A program made the translations under genes and the position numbers. A DNA stretch of 64,000 nucleotides from an uncultured Acetatifactor sp. Lineage in GTDB: Bacteria > Bacillota > Clostridia > Lachnospirales > Lachnospiraceae. Below the pieces are notes generated by a model, which was not told where the DNA came from, ran no database searches, and saw nothing but the letters and a program-made list of their open reading frames with translations. Below are positions 38,737 through 48,234 of this stretch, one piece after another. The DNA lies in contig CAZGGA010000008.1 in NCBI GenBank assembly GCA_964524555.1, positions 31,607-95,606 of the forward strand, read 5' to 3'. Position 1 is the stretch's first letter, and each line of letters opens with the position of its first letter.

Positions 38737-39846
38737 TTATTCATTGTCCTCAGAAACCTCGGCTTCTTCGCCGCCCTCTTCCTCAGAAGCTTCCGGCTCC
38801 AGCATTGCCTTGATACTCAGGGAAATCTTTCTGTCTGCCTCATTGAAATCAACTACCTTTGCAGTCACTTCATCACCGATTTTTAACACATCGGCGGGCT
38901 TCTCAATATGTTCTTTGGCAATCTGGGATACATGAAGCAGAGCATCCACACCCGGCTCTAACTCAATAAATGCGCCAAAATCCGTCATTCTGGCAACCTT
39001 TCCCGTCACCACGGTCTCCACTGCATATTTATCCGCTGCGTCCTTCCAAGGATTTGCATCATCAAATTTTAAAGACAATGCAATCTTGCTTCCGTTAATC
39101 TCTTTAATCAGGACATTCAGCTTGTCCCCAATCTTAAATACTTTCTTGGGATGCTCCACTCTGCCCCATGACATCTCAGAGATGTGAAGCAGTCCGTCTG
39201 CACCGCCCAAGTCAATGAATGCGCCAAACTCTGTTACATTCTTTACGGTACCTTCCACCACATCGCCTTCTTTAATTCTGGCAAACAACTCCTTCTGAAG
39301 CTCCGCCTTCTTAGCTGCAACCAGCTGTCTGCGGTCACCGATATATCTTCTCCTCTTGGGATTGTATTCGCTGATAACAAACTCAATCTCCTGCCCTGCA
39401 TACTGTGTAAGATCTCTCTCATAAGTATCGGACACAAGACTTGCCGGAATAAAGATTCTCACCTCATCCACAATCACACTTAAGCCGCCTTCCAACACCT
39501 GTGTAACAGTAGCCTTCAGCACTTCCTGACTGTTATATGCCTCTTCAATTCTCTTATTACCCCTGTCAGCCGCAAGACGCTTGTAGGTAAGAAGAACTTG
39601 TCCCTCGCCGTCATTGACCCGCAATACCTTGGTCTCCATGGTATCGCCAATCTTGGCAACAGTGGTCAAATCGACACTAGAATCGTTGGTGTATTCGTGT
39701 TTGGTAAGAATACCGTCTGACTTATAGCCGATGTTAAGAATGATTTCATCCGGTTTCACATCGATAACTGTGCCTTCCACTACCTCTCCTGCATGTATTG
39801 TTTTTAATGATCCTTCCAACATTTGTTCAAAAGTTAATTCTGACAT
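38737..39846 (-). CDS. rpsA: 30S ribosomal protein S1 (four S1 domains)
   Basis: Repeated S1 OB-fold motifs (G.V..V..FGAF.DLGG.DGLLH.S). The ATG at 39846 (MSELTFEQML) has GAGGAGG 8 nt upstream. Confidence 0.9.
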   Translation of the reverse strand: MSELTFEQMLEGSLKTIHAGEVVEGTVIDVKPDEIILNIGYKSDGILTKHEYTNDSSVDLTTVAKIGDTMETKVLRVNDGEGQVLLTYKRLAADRGNKRIEEAYNSQEVLKATVTQVLEGGLSVIVDEVRIFIPASLVSDTYERDLTQYAGQEIEFVISEYNPKRRRYIGDRRQLVAAKKAELQKELFARIKEGDVVEGTVKNVTEFGAFIDLGGADGLLHISEMSWGRVEHPKKVFKIGDKLNVLIKEINGSKIALSLKFDDANPWKDAADKYAVETVVTGKVARMTDFGAFIELEPGVDALLHVSQIAKEHIEKPADVLKIGDEVTAKVVDFNEADRKISLSIKAMLEPEASEEEGGEEAEVSEDNE

Positions 39847-40687
39847 AATTTTGAACCTCCTCAATTAATTTATTTGGGGTGGAAGCCCCCGCAGTAATAC
39901 CCACCAGTCGAACAGCTTTAGGTAGTTCTAAATGCAAGTCATCCAGTGTCTGTATAAAATAGGTTTTTGCACATTCGCTGTTGCATATCTCATAGAGTTT
40001 TCGCGTGTTGGAACTGTGCCTGCCTCCTATTACTATCATCATGTCAGCCTGAGCCGCAAGCGCCTTTGCTGACTGTTGTCTCTCCTCTGTCGCATTGCAG
40101 ATAGTATTGACGACATTATCATTGTAACCTTTTTTTTCAAAAATTTCAACTATCTGATGAAATTTATTGTAATTAAATGTCGTTTGGGAAACAATACAAA
40201 GCTTTTCCCCCTTCTTAAGCGTGAATTTTTCCGCTTCTTCACAGGTTTCCAATACTGTTACCAAACCATTACACCATCCCTTAATTCCTTCCACTTCGGG
40301 ATGTCCCGGGTTTCCTACAATCACAATATGCATTCCCTCATTGCTTGCCTTTTCCACTATTCCATGGATTCTTTTTACAAAAGGACAAGTGGCGTCAATG
40401 CATTCCATTCCGTTTTCTTCCAAAATGTCATAAATTTTTCGGGGAACACCGTGAGCTCTAATAATCACGACTCCATTGCCTTTTGACAAAGGCATGCCTC
40501 TCAGTTCTTCCTCCGTCTCTATGACCCGCACTCCCCGTTCTTCCAAATCCCTGACCACTTCCTCATTATGGACAATCGGACCGTAAGTATATATAGTTTT
40601 CCCTGTTTCTATCTGCTCATACACAGTGTCAACTGCCCGCTTTACCCCAAAGCAGAACCCTGCGCACTCCGCCAATTTCACTTCCAT
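39827..40687 (-). CDS. ispH: 4-hydroxy-3-methylbut-2-enyl diphosphate reductase
   Basis: 286 aa. LytB/IspH pattern (GFCFGVKRAV, CPFV, SSNT). The 3-prime end overlaps the rpsA start by 20 nt in another frame. Confidence 0.9.
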   Translation of the reverse strand: MEVKLAECAGFCFGVKRAVDTVYEQIETGKTIYTYGPIVHNEEVVRDLEERGVRVIETEEELRGMPLSKGNGVVIIRAHGVPRKIYDILEENGMECIDATCPFVKRIHGIVEKASNEGMHIVIVGNPGHPEVEGIKGWCNGLVTVLETCEEAEKFTLKKGEKLCIVSQTTFNYNKFHQIVEIFEKKGYNDNVVNTICNATEERQQSAKALAAQADMMIVIGGRHSSNTRKLYEICNSECAKTYFIQTLDDLHLELPKAVRLVGITAGASTPNKLIEEVQNYVRINF

Positions 40688-40714
40688 AATTATACCCCGC
40701 AGTTAAATTCTTCG

Positions 40715-40799
40715 GTGTGAGACTTAGAATTTCTCCGCAAAACAGCTAAGCCTGAGAATCAGGCTATTGGCTGTGAGCGGTTAGAAATTCTTCTCACAC
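40715..40799. repeat. Copy A of an imperfect-palindrome (rod-like hairpin) element, between cmk and ispH
   Basis: GTGTGAGA-ctt-AGAATTTCT-CCGC ... inner hairpins ... GCGG-tt-AGAAATTCT-TCTCACAC. Confidence 0.7.
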
Positions 40800-41473
40800 T
40801 AAGTTGTATGCACTTTTCCTTCACAGATGCTCAAAATCGCTGCTATGACTTCCTCTATACCCATATCAGAGCTATCCACCAAAACGGCATCCTCCGCCTG
40901 TCTTAAAGGAGAATGCTCCCTATGCATGTCACGGTAATCCCTTTCCTCTACATCTGCCAAAATCTGCTCCAAATCACAGGCAACACCCTTTTTGGTAAGC
41001 TCGTCAAAACGCCTTTTGGCCCGCACTTTACTGTCTGCTGTGAGATAAATTTTCACCTGGGCATCGGGCAAAACGCAGGTTCCAATATCCCGCCCGTCCA
41101 TCACACAATCCTGCTTGGCCGCAAGAAGCTTCTGCAACTCCACCAACTTCTCTCTGACTGTCTGATAGGTGCTGATGACAGAGGCCATATTTCCCACTTC
41201 CTCCGTCCTTAAGAAAGCGCTGACATTTTCTCCGTTTAAACAGACTTCCTGTTCACCGCTCTCATGGTGGATGGTGATGTATGCTTCTTTACACTTAACG
41301 CTGACGACTTTTTCATCCTCTGGAGAAATTTTCTCCCGCAGCATAAACAAAGCCATGGCACGGTACATTGCCCCTGTGTCTATGTAAATCATTTCAAGTT
41401 TTTTTGCCACTGCCTTTGCTATGGTGCTCTTTCCCGCTCCCGCAGGCCCGTCTATGGCTATATTATATGACAT
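40799..41473 (-). CDS. cmk: Cytidylate kinase
   Basis: IAIDGPAGAGKST P-loop and full-length Cmk similarity. Confidence 0.9.
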   Translation of the reverse strand: MSYNIAIDGPAGAGKSTIAKAVAKKLEMIYIDTGAMYRAMALFMLREKISPEDEKVVSVKCKEAYITIHHESGEQEVCLNGENVSAFLRTEEVGNMASVISTYQTVREKLVELQKLLAAKQDCVMDGRDIGTCVLPDAQVKIYLTADSKVRAKRRFDELTKKGVACDLEQILADVEERDYRDMHREHSPLRQAEDAVLVDSSDMGIEEVIAAILSICEGKVHTT

Positions 41474-41551
41474 ACTGCTTTTCTCCTCTCAGTTTTTGTG
41501 TTATTAGGCAATTACAAAGTTTCGCAATTGTCTATTATACACATTCTTGCT

Positions 41552-41617
41552 GCGCAAGACTTAGAACTTCTCCGCGAAATGCCCTCTGGCATGAGTGGTT
41601 AGAAGTTCTTCTTGCGC
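41552..41617. repeat. Copy B of the same palindromic element, between the flavoprotein gene and cmk (overlaps the last 19 codons of the flavoprotein ORF)
   Basis: GCGCAAGA-ctt-AGAACTTCT-CCGC ... TGCCctctGGCA ... GTGG-tt-AGAAGTTCT-TCTTGCGC. Confidence 0.7.
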
Positions 41618-42853
41618 TGCGTTCTCCCCAGCCAGATGCCCGGTTGACCATGCAATCTGTAGATTATAGCCCCCTGTCAGTGCATCCAAATCCAAGACCT
41701 CCCCTGCAAAATACAGATTTTTCACCAGCTTCGACTCCATGGTGGAGGGATTTATGTCCTTTACGGACACACCGCCTTGAGTGATGATTGCCTCCTCAAG
41801 GGAGCGTGTACCTGTCACGGTAAGGGGCAAATTCTTGATTATCTCCAAAAAGCCCTGTCGTTCTTCCCGGGTAATCTCATTTACTTTTTTATCGGGATGA
41901 ATGTCCGAAAGTTCTATCATCACCGGAATTAATTTTGCCGGGAAAAGCCCCCCAAGAGCATTTTTAAACTGCTTGTTTTTATTTTCCTCAAAATCCCTTA
42001 ACAGACGTTTGTCCAGCTGTTCCCTGCTAAGAGCAGGCTTTAAATCAATGAAAAGCTGTACCGCCTCGCCTGACTTACGCTTTGCATAAAAGCTGCTTGC
42101 ACTTAAAACCAACGGTCCGCTGACTCCGAAATGGGTAAAGAGCATCTCTCCAAAGCCGCTGTACAGCTCTTTTCTGCCATCCACCATGCGCAGGGACACA
42201 TTTTTCAAGGATAAGCCCATTAAATCCCTACACCAGCCTTCCGCCGTCTCCAAGGGCACCAGCGCGGGTCTTGCCTCCACCAATTTATGCCCCTTTTCCC
42301 GGGCAAAACGGTAGCCATCTCCGGTGGAGCCTGTTGCCGGGTAGGATATCCCACCGGTACAGACAATGCATTTATCTGCCTTGAGCATACTGCCGTCTTG
42401 AGCTACTGCGCAAATTTGAGCGTTCTCATCACAATCCCTGTCTATCCAAAGGTCTTTCACCTCTGTGTTCAGCAGCACCTTGACCCCCAGCCTGTCAAGC
42501 TCTCTTTTCAGGGCTCCAATCACATCCGAGGAATGGTCGGACACCGGAAATACCCGTCCTCCCCTCTCTGTCTTCAGGGGACATCCCGCCCCTTCCAGAA
42601 AATCCATCATTGCCCTGTTATCATAGCCATAAAAAGCGCTGTAAAAAAATTTGGGGTTGGTACAGATATTGGCAAAAAAATCCTCCGCATCCCCTTCATG
42701 GGTAACATTGCAGCGGCCTTTGCCGGTAATAAAGAGCTTTTTCCCCAATTTTTCATTTTTTTCAAGCAGCGTGACGCTTCCTCCCGCCGATGCCGCCGCA
42801 ATGGCTGCCATCATGCCGGCTGCGCCTCCGCCTATTACGATTATGCTCTGCAT
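41561..42853 (-). CDS. HI0933/BaiN-like NAD(P)/FAD-dependent oxidoreductase
   Basis: VIGGGAAGMMAA dinucleotide-binding motif, KGRCNVT motif, and a length typical of the family. Confidence 0.8.
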   Translation of the reverse strand: MQSIIVIGGGAAGMMAAIAAASAGGSVTLLEKNEKLGKKLFITGKGRCNVTHEGDAEDFFANICTNPKFFYSAFYGYDNRAMMDFLEGAGCPLKTERGGRVFPVSDHSSDVIGALKRELDRLGVKVLLNTEVKDLWIDRDCDENAQICAVAQDGSMLKADKCIVCTGGISYPATGSTGDGYRFAREKGHKLVEARPALVPLETAEGWCRDLMGLSLKNVSLRMVDGRKELYSGFGEMLFTHFGVSGPLVLSASSFYAKRKSGEAVQLFIDLKPALSREQLDKRLLRDFEENKNKQFKNALGGLFPAKLIPVMIELSDIHPDKKVNEITREERQGFLEIIKNLPLTVTGTRSLEEAIITQGGVSVKDINPSTMESKLVKNLYFAGEVLDLDALTGGYNLQIAWSTGHLAGENAAQEELLTTHARGHFAEKF

Positions 42854-42860
42854 ATTCCGC

Positions 42861-43841
42861 TCAGTCTTTCTTTTTATGCTTTCGCCTGTCCGGCTTTTCC
42901 TTTATGGTATCCTCATCCTTGTACAGGGAGTAATTCAAAATAGGGTCATCATTGATAAAGTCAATCTCATCATTTAAGTAAACCTGATAATTATTCCATA
43001 CCTCTTCCAGCGTTTCCAGATTGTCCTTTACCTCCTTAGGACATTTGATGCAAAGCGCCACCACAATGGCATTGATAACACTCAATGGAGCCACAAGGGA
43101 ATCCACAATGGACACCATATCGCTTCGGGCAAAAAGATTGCAGGAGGAATACAAATTCATGGGAGAATGGATGTTATCCGTGATGGCGATAACCTTGGCA
43201 TTCCTGTCATTGGCAAACTCCATAGCCTTTAAGGTACGCATGGAATATCGTGGAAAGCTGATGCCGATAAAACAGTCCCTCTCGCTTATGTGAATCATCT
43301 GCTCAAAAGTCTCTGTCACGCTTGTAGTATCGATTAAAACCACCTTGCCCCGTATCATATTCAGATAAAAATGCAGGAAAGCTGCCAGAGGCTCATTACT
43401 TCTAAGTCCCATAATATAGACAATGTCCGCCTCCAAAATAGTGGACACCGCCATTTCGAATGCCGCCGGGTCTAAATTGTGTATGGTATCTTCAAGCTTT
43501 TCAATATCCGCATTTAACACGGATGTCAAAATCTCCGACTGCGTGCTCCTGCCGTATTTTGCATCCATTTTCTGAATGGTGCTTAACTTGCCCTTCACAC
43601 ACTCTTCCAACGCCTTCTGAAATTCCTGATATCCTTCATAACCGATGCCCATGGCAAAACGTACCACGGTGGATTCGCTGATGTCCAGGGTTTCTCCCAG
43701 CCTTGCGGCAGTCATAAACACTGCCTGGTCATAATGCTCCATAATATAATTGGAGATGAGCTTATGACTCTTACTCATATGCCCATATTTCTCTTTAATT
43801 CTGTTTAAGATATCATATTGTTCTTCCTGCTGTCTCTCCAT
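42861..43841 (-). CDS. MurR/RpiR-family transcriptional regulator (HTH + SIS) with a ~45-aa charged C-terminal extension
   Basis: N-terminal HTH_6-like region (SESTVVRFA) plus a SIS domain. Confidence 0.8.
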   Translation of the reverse strand: MERQQEEQYDILNRIKEKYGHMSKSHKLISNYIMEHYDQAVFMTAARLGETLDISESTVVRFAMGIGYEGYQEFQKALEECVKGKLSTIQKMDAKYGRSTQSEILTSVLNADIEKLEDTIHNLDPAAFEMAVSTILEADIVYIMGLRSNEPLAAFLHFYLNMIRGKVVLIDTTSVTETFEQMIHISERDCFIGISFPRYSMRTLKAMEFANDRNAKVIAITDNIHSPMNLYSSCNLFARSDMVSIVDSLVAPLSVINAIVVALCIKCPKEVKDNLETLEEVWNNYQVYLNDEIDFINDDPILNYSLYKDEDTIKEKPDRRKHKKKD

Positions 43842-43878
43842 TCATTTCTCCATTATCCGCAGGCAATGCCCACGCTTC

Positions 43879-44454
43879 TCACGCTTCGTTATTCTTTCCC
43901 GCAAAGGATGTATAGGACTGTTCCAAAAGCTCCATAGTTTCTTCGTCCGACAAATCATAATCCCCCGTCAGTGTCATACACGCCGAACCGTGAATAAAAA
44001 TCCACATCCTCATAAACAATTCGCTGGGATTTGTACATCCCTGCGCCTTGGCAAGATTAATCTCGTAGACCACATTGCCCTTGTCTCCGTTTAAAAGCTC
44101 ATAGATGCTCTTTTTTGCGGAACCTTCCGGAGCGTCCGTCAGCAAAAAGAGCAATTCAAAGAGGTGCTTTTCCTCTCTGGCAAAAGCTATGTACGCCATT
44201 CCCAGCCGTACAAAGGGAGCCTTTCCCTTTGGCGGATATTTATTATAATAATCCAAAAAGAATCCTGCAGCTCTGTCATATACCGCCTGCCACAATTCCC
44301 CCATATTTTTATAGAGACGAAAAATAGGCTGTGTAGAACAGCCCGCTCTTGCTGCAAGTCTCCTTGCCGTCATTCCTGCCATGCCCTCATCTCTCACCAT
44401 GGCAAATGCAGTATCTAAAATATTTTCTCCTGTAATTGTCTCCTTACGAGCCAT
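43879..44454 (-). CDS. TetR/AcrR-family transcriptional regulator
   Basis: N-terminal TetR HTH (GMAGMTARRLAARAGCSTQPIFRLY). Confidence 0.8.
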   Translation of the reverse strand: MARKETITGENILDTAFAMVRDEGMAGMTARRLAARAGCSTQPIFRLYKNMGELWQAVYDRAAGFFLDYYNKYPPKGKAPFVRLGMAYIAFAREEKHLFELLFLLTDAPEGSAKKSIYELLNGDKGNVVYEINLAKAQGCTNPSELFMRMWIFIHGSACMTLTGDYDLSDEETMELLEQSYTSFAGKNNEA

Positions 44455-44535
44455 ACCTTCGTCCCTTCTTCTGCAAAATGCGGAAACACAACACCATTAT
44501 AACACTTGTTATTTTACAGTGTGCAGAAAGTATTG

Positions 44536-45081
44536 TCAAGACAAAGATGATAAGCCTTCAGCATATTGCAGAAATTCTGAGGTTTTAGACCAATATTTTA
44601 TGCCCCAATTTTCAAAATTCCACTGCTCCGAATAGTCATTGCACTCAAAATCCACATAATAGATTTCTCCATCCTGCACTACGAAATTGGTGGGGAAATA
44701 GTCAATATTTGTATCTGCCGCATATAAAAGGGCGCACATATCTTGTATTTGTTTCAAATAAGAGGGCTCCATTTTATCCTGAAGCACCAATTCATAAATA
44801 GTCTGCCCCTCTATATATTCCTTGAGAATCCTTTCCTTTTCCGTATCAATGTCCAGCATTGCGGGCATTCTGATACCGATACCCTTAAGCCTCATATAAT
44901 CCCGTATCTCCGCCTCTATCTTATTTTCGAACGGAAAACAGGCGCAGGATTCATGATGTATCTGCTTCAGCACATATCTGCTGATGCCGTCCGTCACAAG
45001 ATAAGAATAGCCTCCCTTGCCCTTTCCCAGCATTTTTGTCACGGAAAAAACTTTACCATTTACGGATGAGGTTGTTTTCAT
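44536..45081 (-). CDS. Minimal protein-kinase-like fold protein (Bud32/RIO/APH-like, ~181 aa)
   Basis: Gly-rich loop LGKGKGGYSY, VLKQ lysine, catalytic-loop-like NIDYFPTNFVV, and YYVDFE in the DFG position. The ATG at 45081 has AGGAGG 7 nt upstream. Confidence 0.5.
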   Translation of the reverse strand: MKTTSSVNGKVFSVTKMLGKGKGGYSYLVTDGISRYVLKQIHHESCACFPFENKIEAEIRDYMRLKGIGIRMPAMLDIDTEKERILKEYIEGQTIYELVLQDKMEPSYLKQIQDMCALLYAADTNIDYFPTNFVVQDGEIYYVDFECNDYSEQWNFENWGIKYWSKTSEFLQYAEGLSSLS

Positions 45082-45251
45082 CTGTTTTCCTCCTGCCATA
45101 TCCTGCCGCCTCCAATGCATATATCGGTTATTTGGCAGTATACTGAAAATTATATCTTTTGTACAAGTTGCTTCATAGGCATTTTAGACCAATATGGGCT
45201 AAAAGTCAATAGAACAAATTGGACTATGGTAGGATAAGATAAAGATTAAAT

Positions 45252-45470
45252 GTGGGGGATGAGAAATTGTACCATCGAATTAAAGATTTAAGGAAAGACT
45301 CGGATTTGACTCAAAAAGAAATCAGTATACAGCTGAATATCTCCCAGCGTGCATATTCACATTATGAAAACGGCACCCGGGACATTCCCACGGACATTCT
45401 CATCCGTCTGGCTGATTTTTATTCTGTCAGCATTGATTATTTATTGGAGCGAACAGACCGCAAGGCATAA
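45252..45470 (+). CDS. Small XRE-family HTH transcriptional regulator
   Basis: LRKDSDLTQKEISIQLNISQRAYSHYENG helix-turn-helix. The true start may be the TTG at 45267. Confidence 0.75.
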   Translation: MGDEKLYHRIKDLRKDSDLTQKEISIQLNISQRAYSHYENGTRDIPTDILIRLADFYSVSIDYLLERTDRKA

Positions 45471-45483
45471 AAACTGTTTAAGC

Positions 45484-45525
45484 AAAAACAGAGCCAGACT
45501 TTTCATAGTCCGGCTCTGTTTTTTT
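45484..45525. terminator. Bidirectional intrinsic terminator between convergent genes
   Basis: AAAAA-CAGAGCCaGAC-ttttcata-GTCcGGCTCTG-TTTTTTT. Confidence 0.8.
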
Positions 45526-45562
45526 GAAAGAGACAATCCTCTTCTTTTATCAAAAAGTACAT

Positions 45563-46993
45563 TTATACAGGATAAGACCCTGTCTTGGTATCCGCCTGAG
45601 TCATGTCAACCTTCTCCTGCTGTGCCTGACGATACTTAAAGAAGTCTGTTGCAACCTGAGGGAACAGTGCATAGCTGAGCACGTCCTCATCCTGCTGCTT
45701 CCATTCCTTCATCTCGCTCTCCAGCTTGGAAAGCTCGTTTTCAATCTTGTCGGCATAACGGCAGGTGATTCTCTCCTCGCCGGGAATAACCTTATCGATG
45801 ACTTCCTGACTCATGGGCTTTACGGTTTGACCATATTCGCCGCGAAGCATTCCCTTGGTCTCCTTGGTAGCAACCTTGTATCTCTCTCCCATCAGCACAT
45901 TGAATACTGCCTGCGTGCCCACAATCTGGGAAGAAGGAGTAACCAGAGGCGGCTCGCCCAAATCCTTGCGCACACGAGGAACTTCCTCAAGCACTTCGTA
46001 GTATTTGTCTTCTGCATTCTGCTCTTTCAACTGACTCACCAGATTGGAAAGCATACCGCCGGGTACCTGATACAACAGAGTCTTGATGTTTACGCCCATT
46101 ACCTTGGGATTTAACAGACCGCTCTTTAAGCACTCTTCCTGATAAGGTCTGAAATAATCGGCAATCTCAGCCAACAGATTCTGGTCAAAACCAGTGTCAT
46201 ATTCTGTTCCACGGAAGGTCTCCACCATAACCTCAGTAGCGGGCTGTGAAGTACCCAGAGCGAAGGGGCTCATAGCAGTGTCAATCACATCCACGCCGGC
46301 CTCTACAGCCTTTAAATAAGTCATGCTTGCCACACCGGAAGTATAGTGGGTGTGAAGCTGGATGGGCAGCTTGGTAGCGCTCTTCATAGCAGAAATCAGC
46401 TCGGTTGCCTTATAGGGAACCAAAAGTCCTGCCATATCCTTGATACAGATGGAATCAGCACCCATTTCCTCAATCTTTTTCGCCATATCCGTCCAATATT
46501 CCAATGTGTAAGCATCGCCCAAGGTATAAGACAGAGCTACTTGTGCATGACCCCTGCCCTCTTTTGCCTTGAAACGGTTGGTGGCATTTACTGCCTCCTG
46601 CAAGTTGCGCAGGTCGTTTAAGCAGTCAAAAATACGGATAATGTCAATACCATTAGAGATGGACTTCTGTACAAAATAATCCACCACATCATCTGCATAG
46701 GGTCTGTAGCCTAAGATATTCTGTCCGCGGAAAAGCATCTGCAGTTTGGTATTCTTGAAACCATCACGCAGCTTTCTAAGTCTGTCCCAAGGATCTTCCT
46801 TCAGGAAACGCAGGGATGCGTCAAAGGTTGCGCCGCCCCAGCACTCCACGGAATGATAACCAACCTTATCCATCTTATCAATGATGGGAAGCATGAACTC
46901 GGTGGGCATTCTGGTAGCAATCAGAGACTGATGGGCATCACGTAAAACGGTTTCCGTAATTTTAATCGGTTTCTTTGCTTGTTCTTCTGACAT
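45563..46993 (-). CDS. Oxaloacetate decarboxylase alpha / transcarboxylase 5S-type carboxyltransferase (no biotinyl domain)
   Basis: ITETVLRDAHQSL...WGGATFD...HTHYTSG pattern of the HMGL-like pyruvate carboxyltransferase fold. The protein ends without an AMKM motif. Confidence 0.85.
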   Translation of the reverse strand: MSEEQAKKPIKITETVLRDAHQSLIATRMPTEFMLPIIDKMDKVGYHSVECWGGATFDASLRFLKEDPWDRLRKLRDGFKNTKLQMLFRGQNILGYRPYADDVVDYFVQKSISNGIDIIRIFDCLNDLRNLQEAVNATNRFKAKEGRGHAQVALSYTLGDAYTLEYWTDMAKKIEEMGADSICIKDMAGLLVPYKATELISAMKSATKLPIQLHTHYTSGVASMTYLKAVEAGVDVIDTAMSPFALGTSQPATEVMVETFRGTEYDTGFDQNLLAEIADYFRPYQEECLKSGLLNPKVMGVNIKTLLYQVPGGMLSNLVSQLKEQNAEDKYYEVLEEVPRVRKDLGEPPLVTPSSQIVGTQAVFNVLMGERYKVATKETKGMLRGEYGQTVKPMSQEVIDKVIPGEERITCRYADKIENELSKLESEMKEWKQQDEDVLSYALFPQVATDFFKYRQAQQEKVDMTQADTKTGSYPV

Positions 46994-47051
46994 TTACGAA
47001 ATTCCTCCATTTCATTCATATATTCAAACAGTTAAACGTACATAATTACAA

Positions 47052-48203
47052 TCAAAATACTCCAAAGATAGCCATAAAGGTACCGGCTGCCACAGCAGTT
47101 CCGATAACGCCTGCCACATTGGGTCCCATTGCGTGCATCAAAAGGAAGTTCGTAGGATCAGCCTCCGCACCAACCTTCTGGGATACGCGGGCTGCCATGG
47201 GAACAGCAGACACGCCTGCGGAACCAATAAGGGGGTTCACCTTGCCCTTTGTTGCCCAGCACATCAGCTTTCCGAAAACTACGCCTGCAATGGTTCCGAA
47301 AACAAATGCCGCAAGACCAAGTCCTACAATCTTCAAGGTGTCAAGATTCAAGAACGCCTCTGCGCTGGTGGTAGCACCTACGGAAGTTCCAAGCAAGATA
47401 ACCACAATATACATCATGGCATTGGATGCCGTCTCCTGAAGCTGTCTTACTACGCCGGATTCCCTGAACAGATTTCCCAGCATCAGCATACCAACCAAGG
47501 GAGCCGTAGTAGGAAGAACCAAGCATACCACAATGGTAACGACAATGGGGAACAAAATCTTCTCCAATTTGGATACAGGACGAAGCTGTCCCATTTTAAT
47601 CTTACGCTCTTTCTCACTAGTAAAGAGTTTCATAAAGGGCGGCTGAATAATAGGCACCAATGACATATAAGAATATGCCGCCACTGCAATAGGTCCTAAG
47701 ATTGCCGTCTGTCCCAGCTTGCCTGCCAGGAAAATAGAGGTAGGACCGTCTGCACCGCCGATAATGGAGATTGCTGCTGCCGCCATATCATTAAATCCAA
47801 GGAGAATTGCTCCAAAGTAAGCGGCAAAAATACCAAACTGCGCCGCTGCCCCCAAAAGGAAGCTCTTGGGATTTGCAATCAACGGGCCAAAGTCCGTCAT
47901 AGCGCCTACACCCATAAAAATCAGGGATGGCAGAATTGCCAGCTCGTCTAACTTATAAAAATAATACAATAATCCGCCTGCGCCGTTCGCAGCATCTTCC
48001 GGATGCAGCATAATATCAGGATAGATATTTACAAGCAGCATACCGAATGCAATGGGAAGTAAGAGTAATGGCTCAAACTCATGGCGGATAGCTAAATAAA
48101 GGAAAAAGCATGCAACCAATATCATGAGATAGTTTCCCCAAGTCAGGTTGAAGAACGCTGTCTGATGAATCAGGTTGTTTAGCGTTGAACCTATATAATC
48201 CAT
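47052..48203 (-). CDS. Sodium-ion-translocating decarboxylase beta subunit (OadB/MmdB/GcdB family)
   Basis: 383-aa polytopic protein with family-typical blocks ([19 protein letters not shown]). Confidence 0.9.
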   Translation of the reverse strand: MDYIGSTLNNLIHQTAFFNLTWGNYLMILVACFFLYLAIRHEFEPLLLLPIAFGMLLVNIYPDIMLHPEDAANGAGGLLYYFYKLDELAILPSLIFMGVGAMTDFGPLIANPKSFLLGAAAQFGIFAAYFGAILLGFNDMAAAAISIIGGADGPTSIFLAGKLGQTAILGPIAVAAYSYMSLVPIIQPPFMKLFTSEKERKIKMGQLRPVSKLEKILFPIVVTIVVCLVLPTTAPLVGMLMLGNLFRESGVVRQLQETASNAMMYIVVILLGTSVGATTSAEAFLNLDTLKIVGLGLAAFVFGTIAGVVFGKLMCWATKGKVNPLIGSAGVSAVPMAARVSQKVGAEADPTNFLLMHAMGPNVAGVIGTAVAAGTFMAIFGVF

Positions 48204-48234
48204 TTGTTGACCTCCTGTTGTGATTTGCTTGTTT

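Noticed and set aside
39827-39864. The ispH/rpsA overlap as a frameshifted pseudogene of a fused ispH-rpsA gene.
   Set aside because: rpsA has its own ATG with a strong, correctly spaced GAGGAGG, and ispH ends at a normal length. Both look intact.
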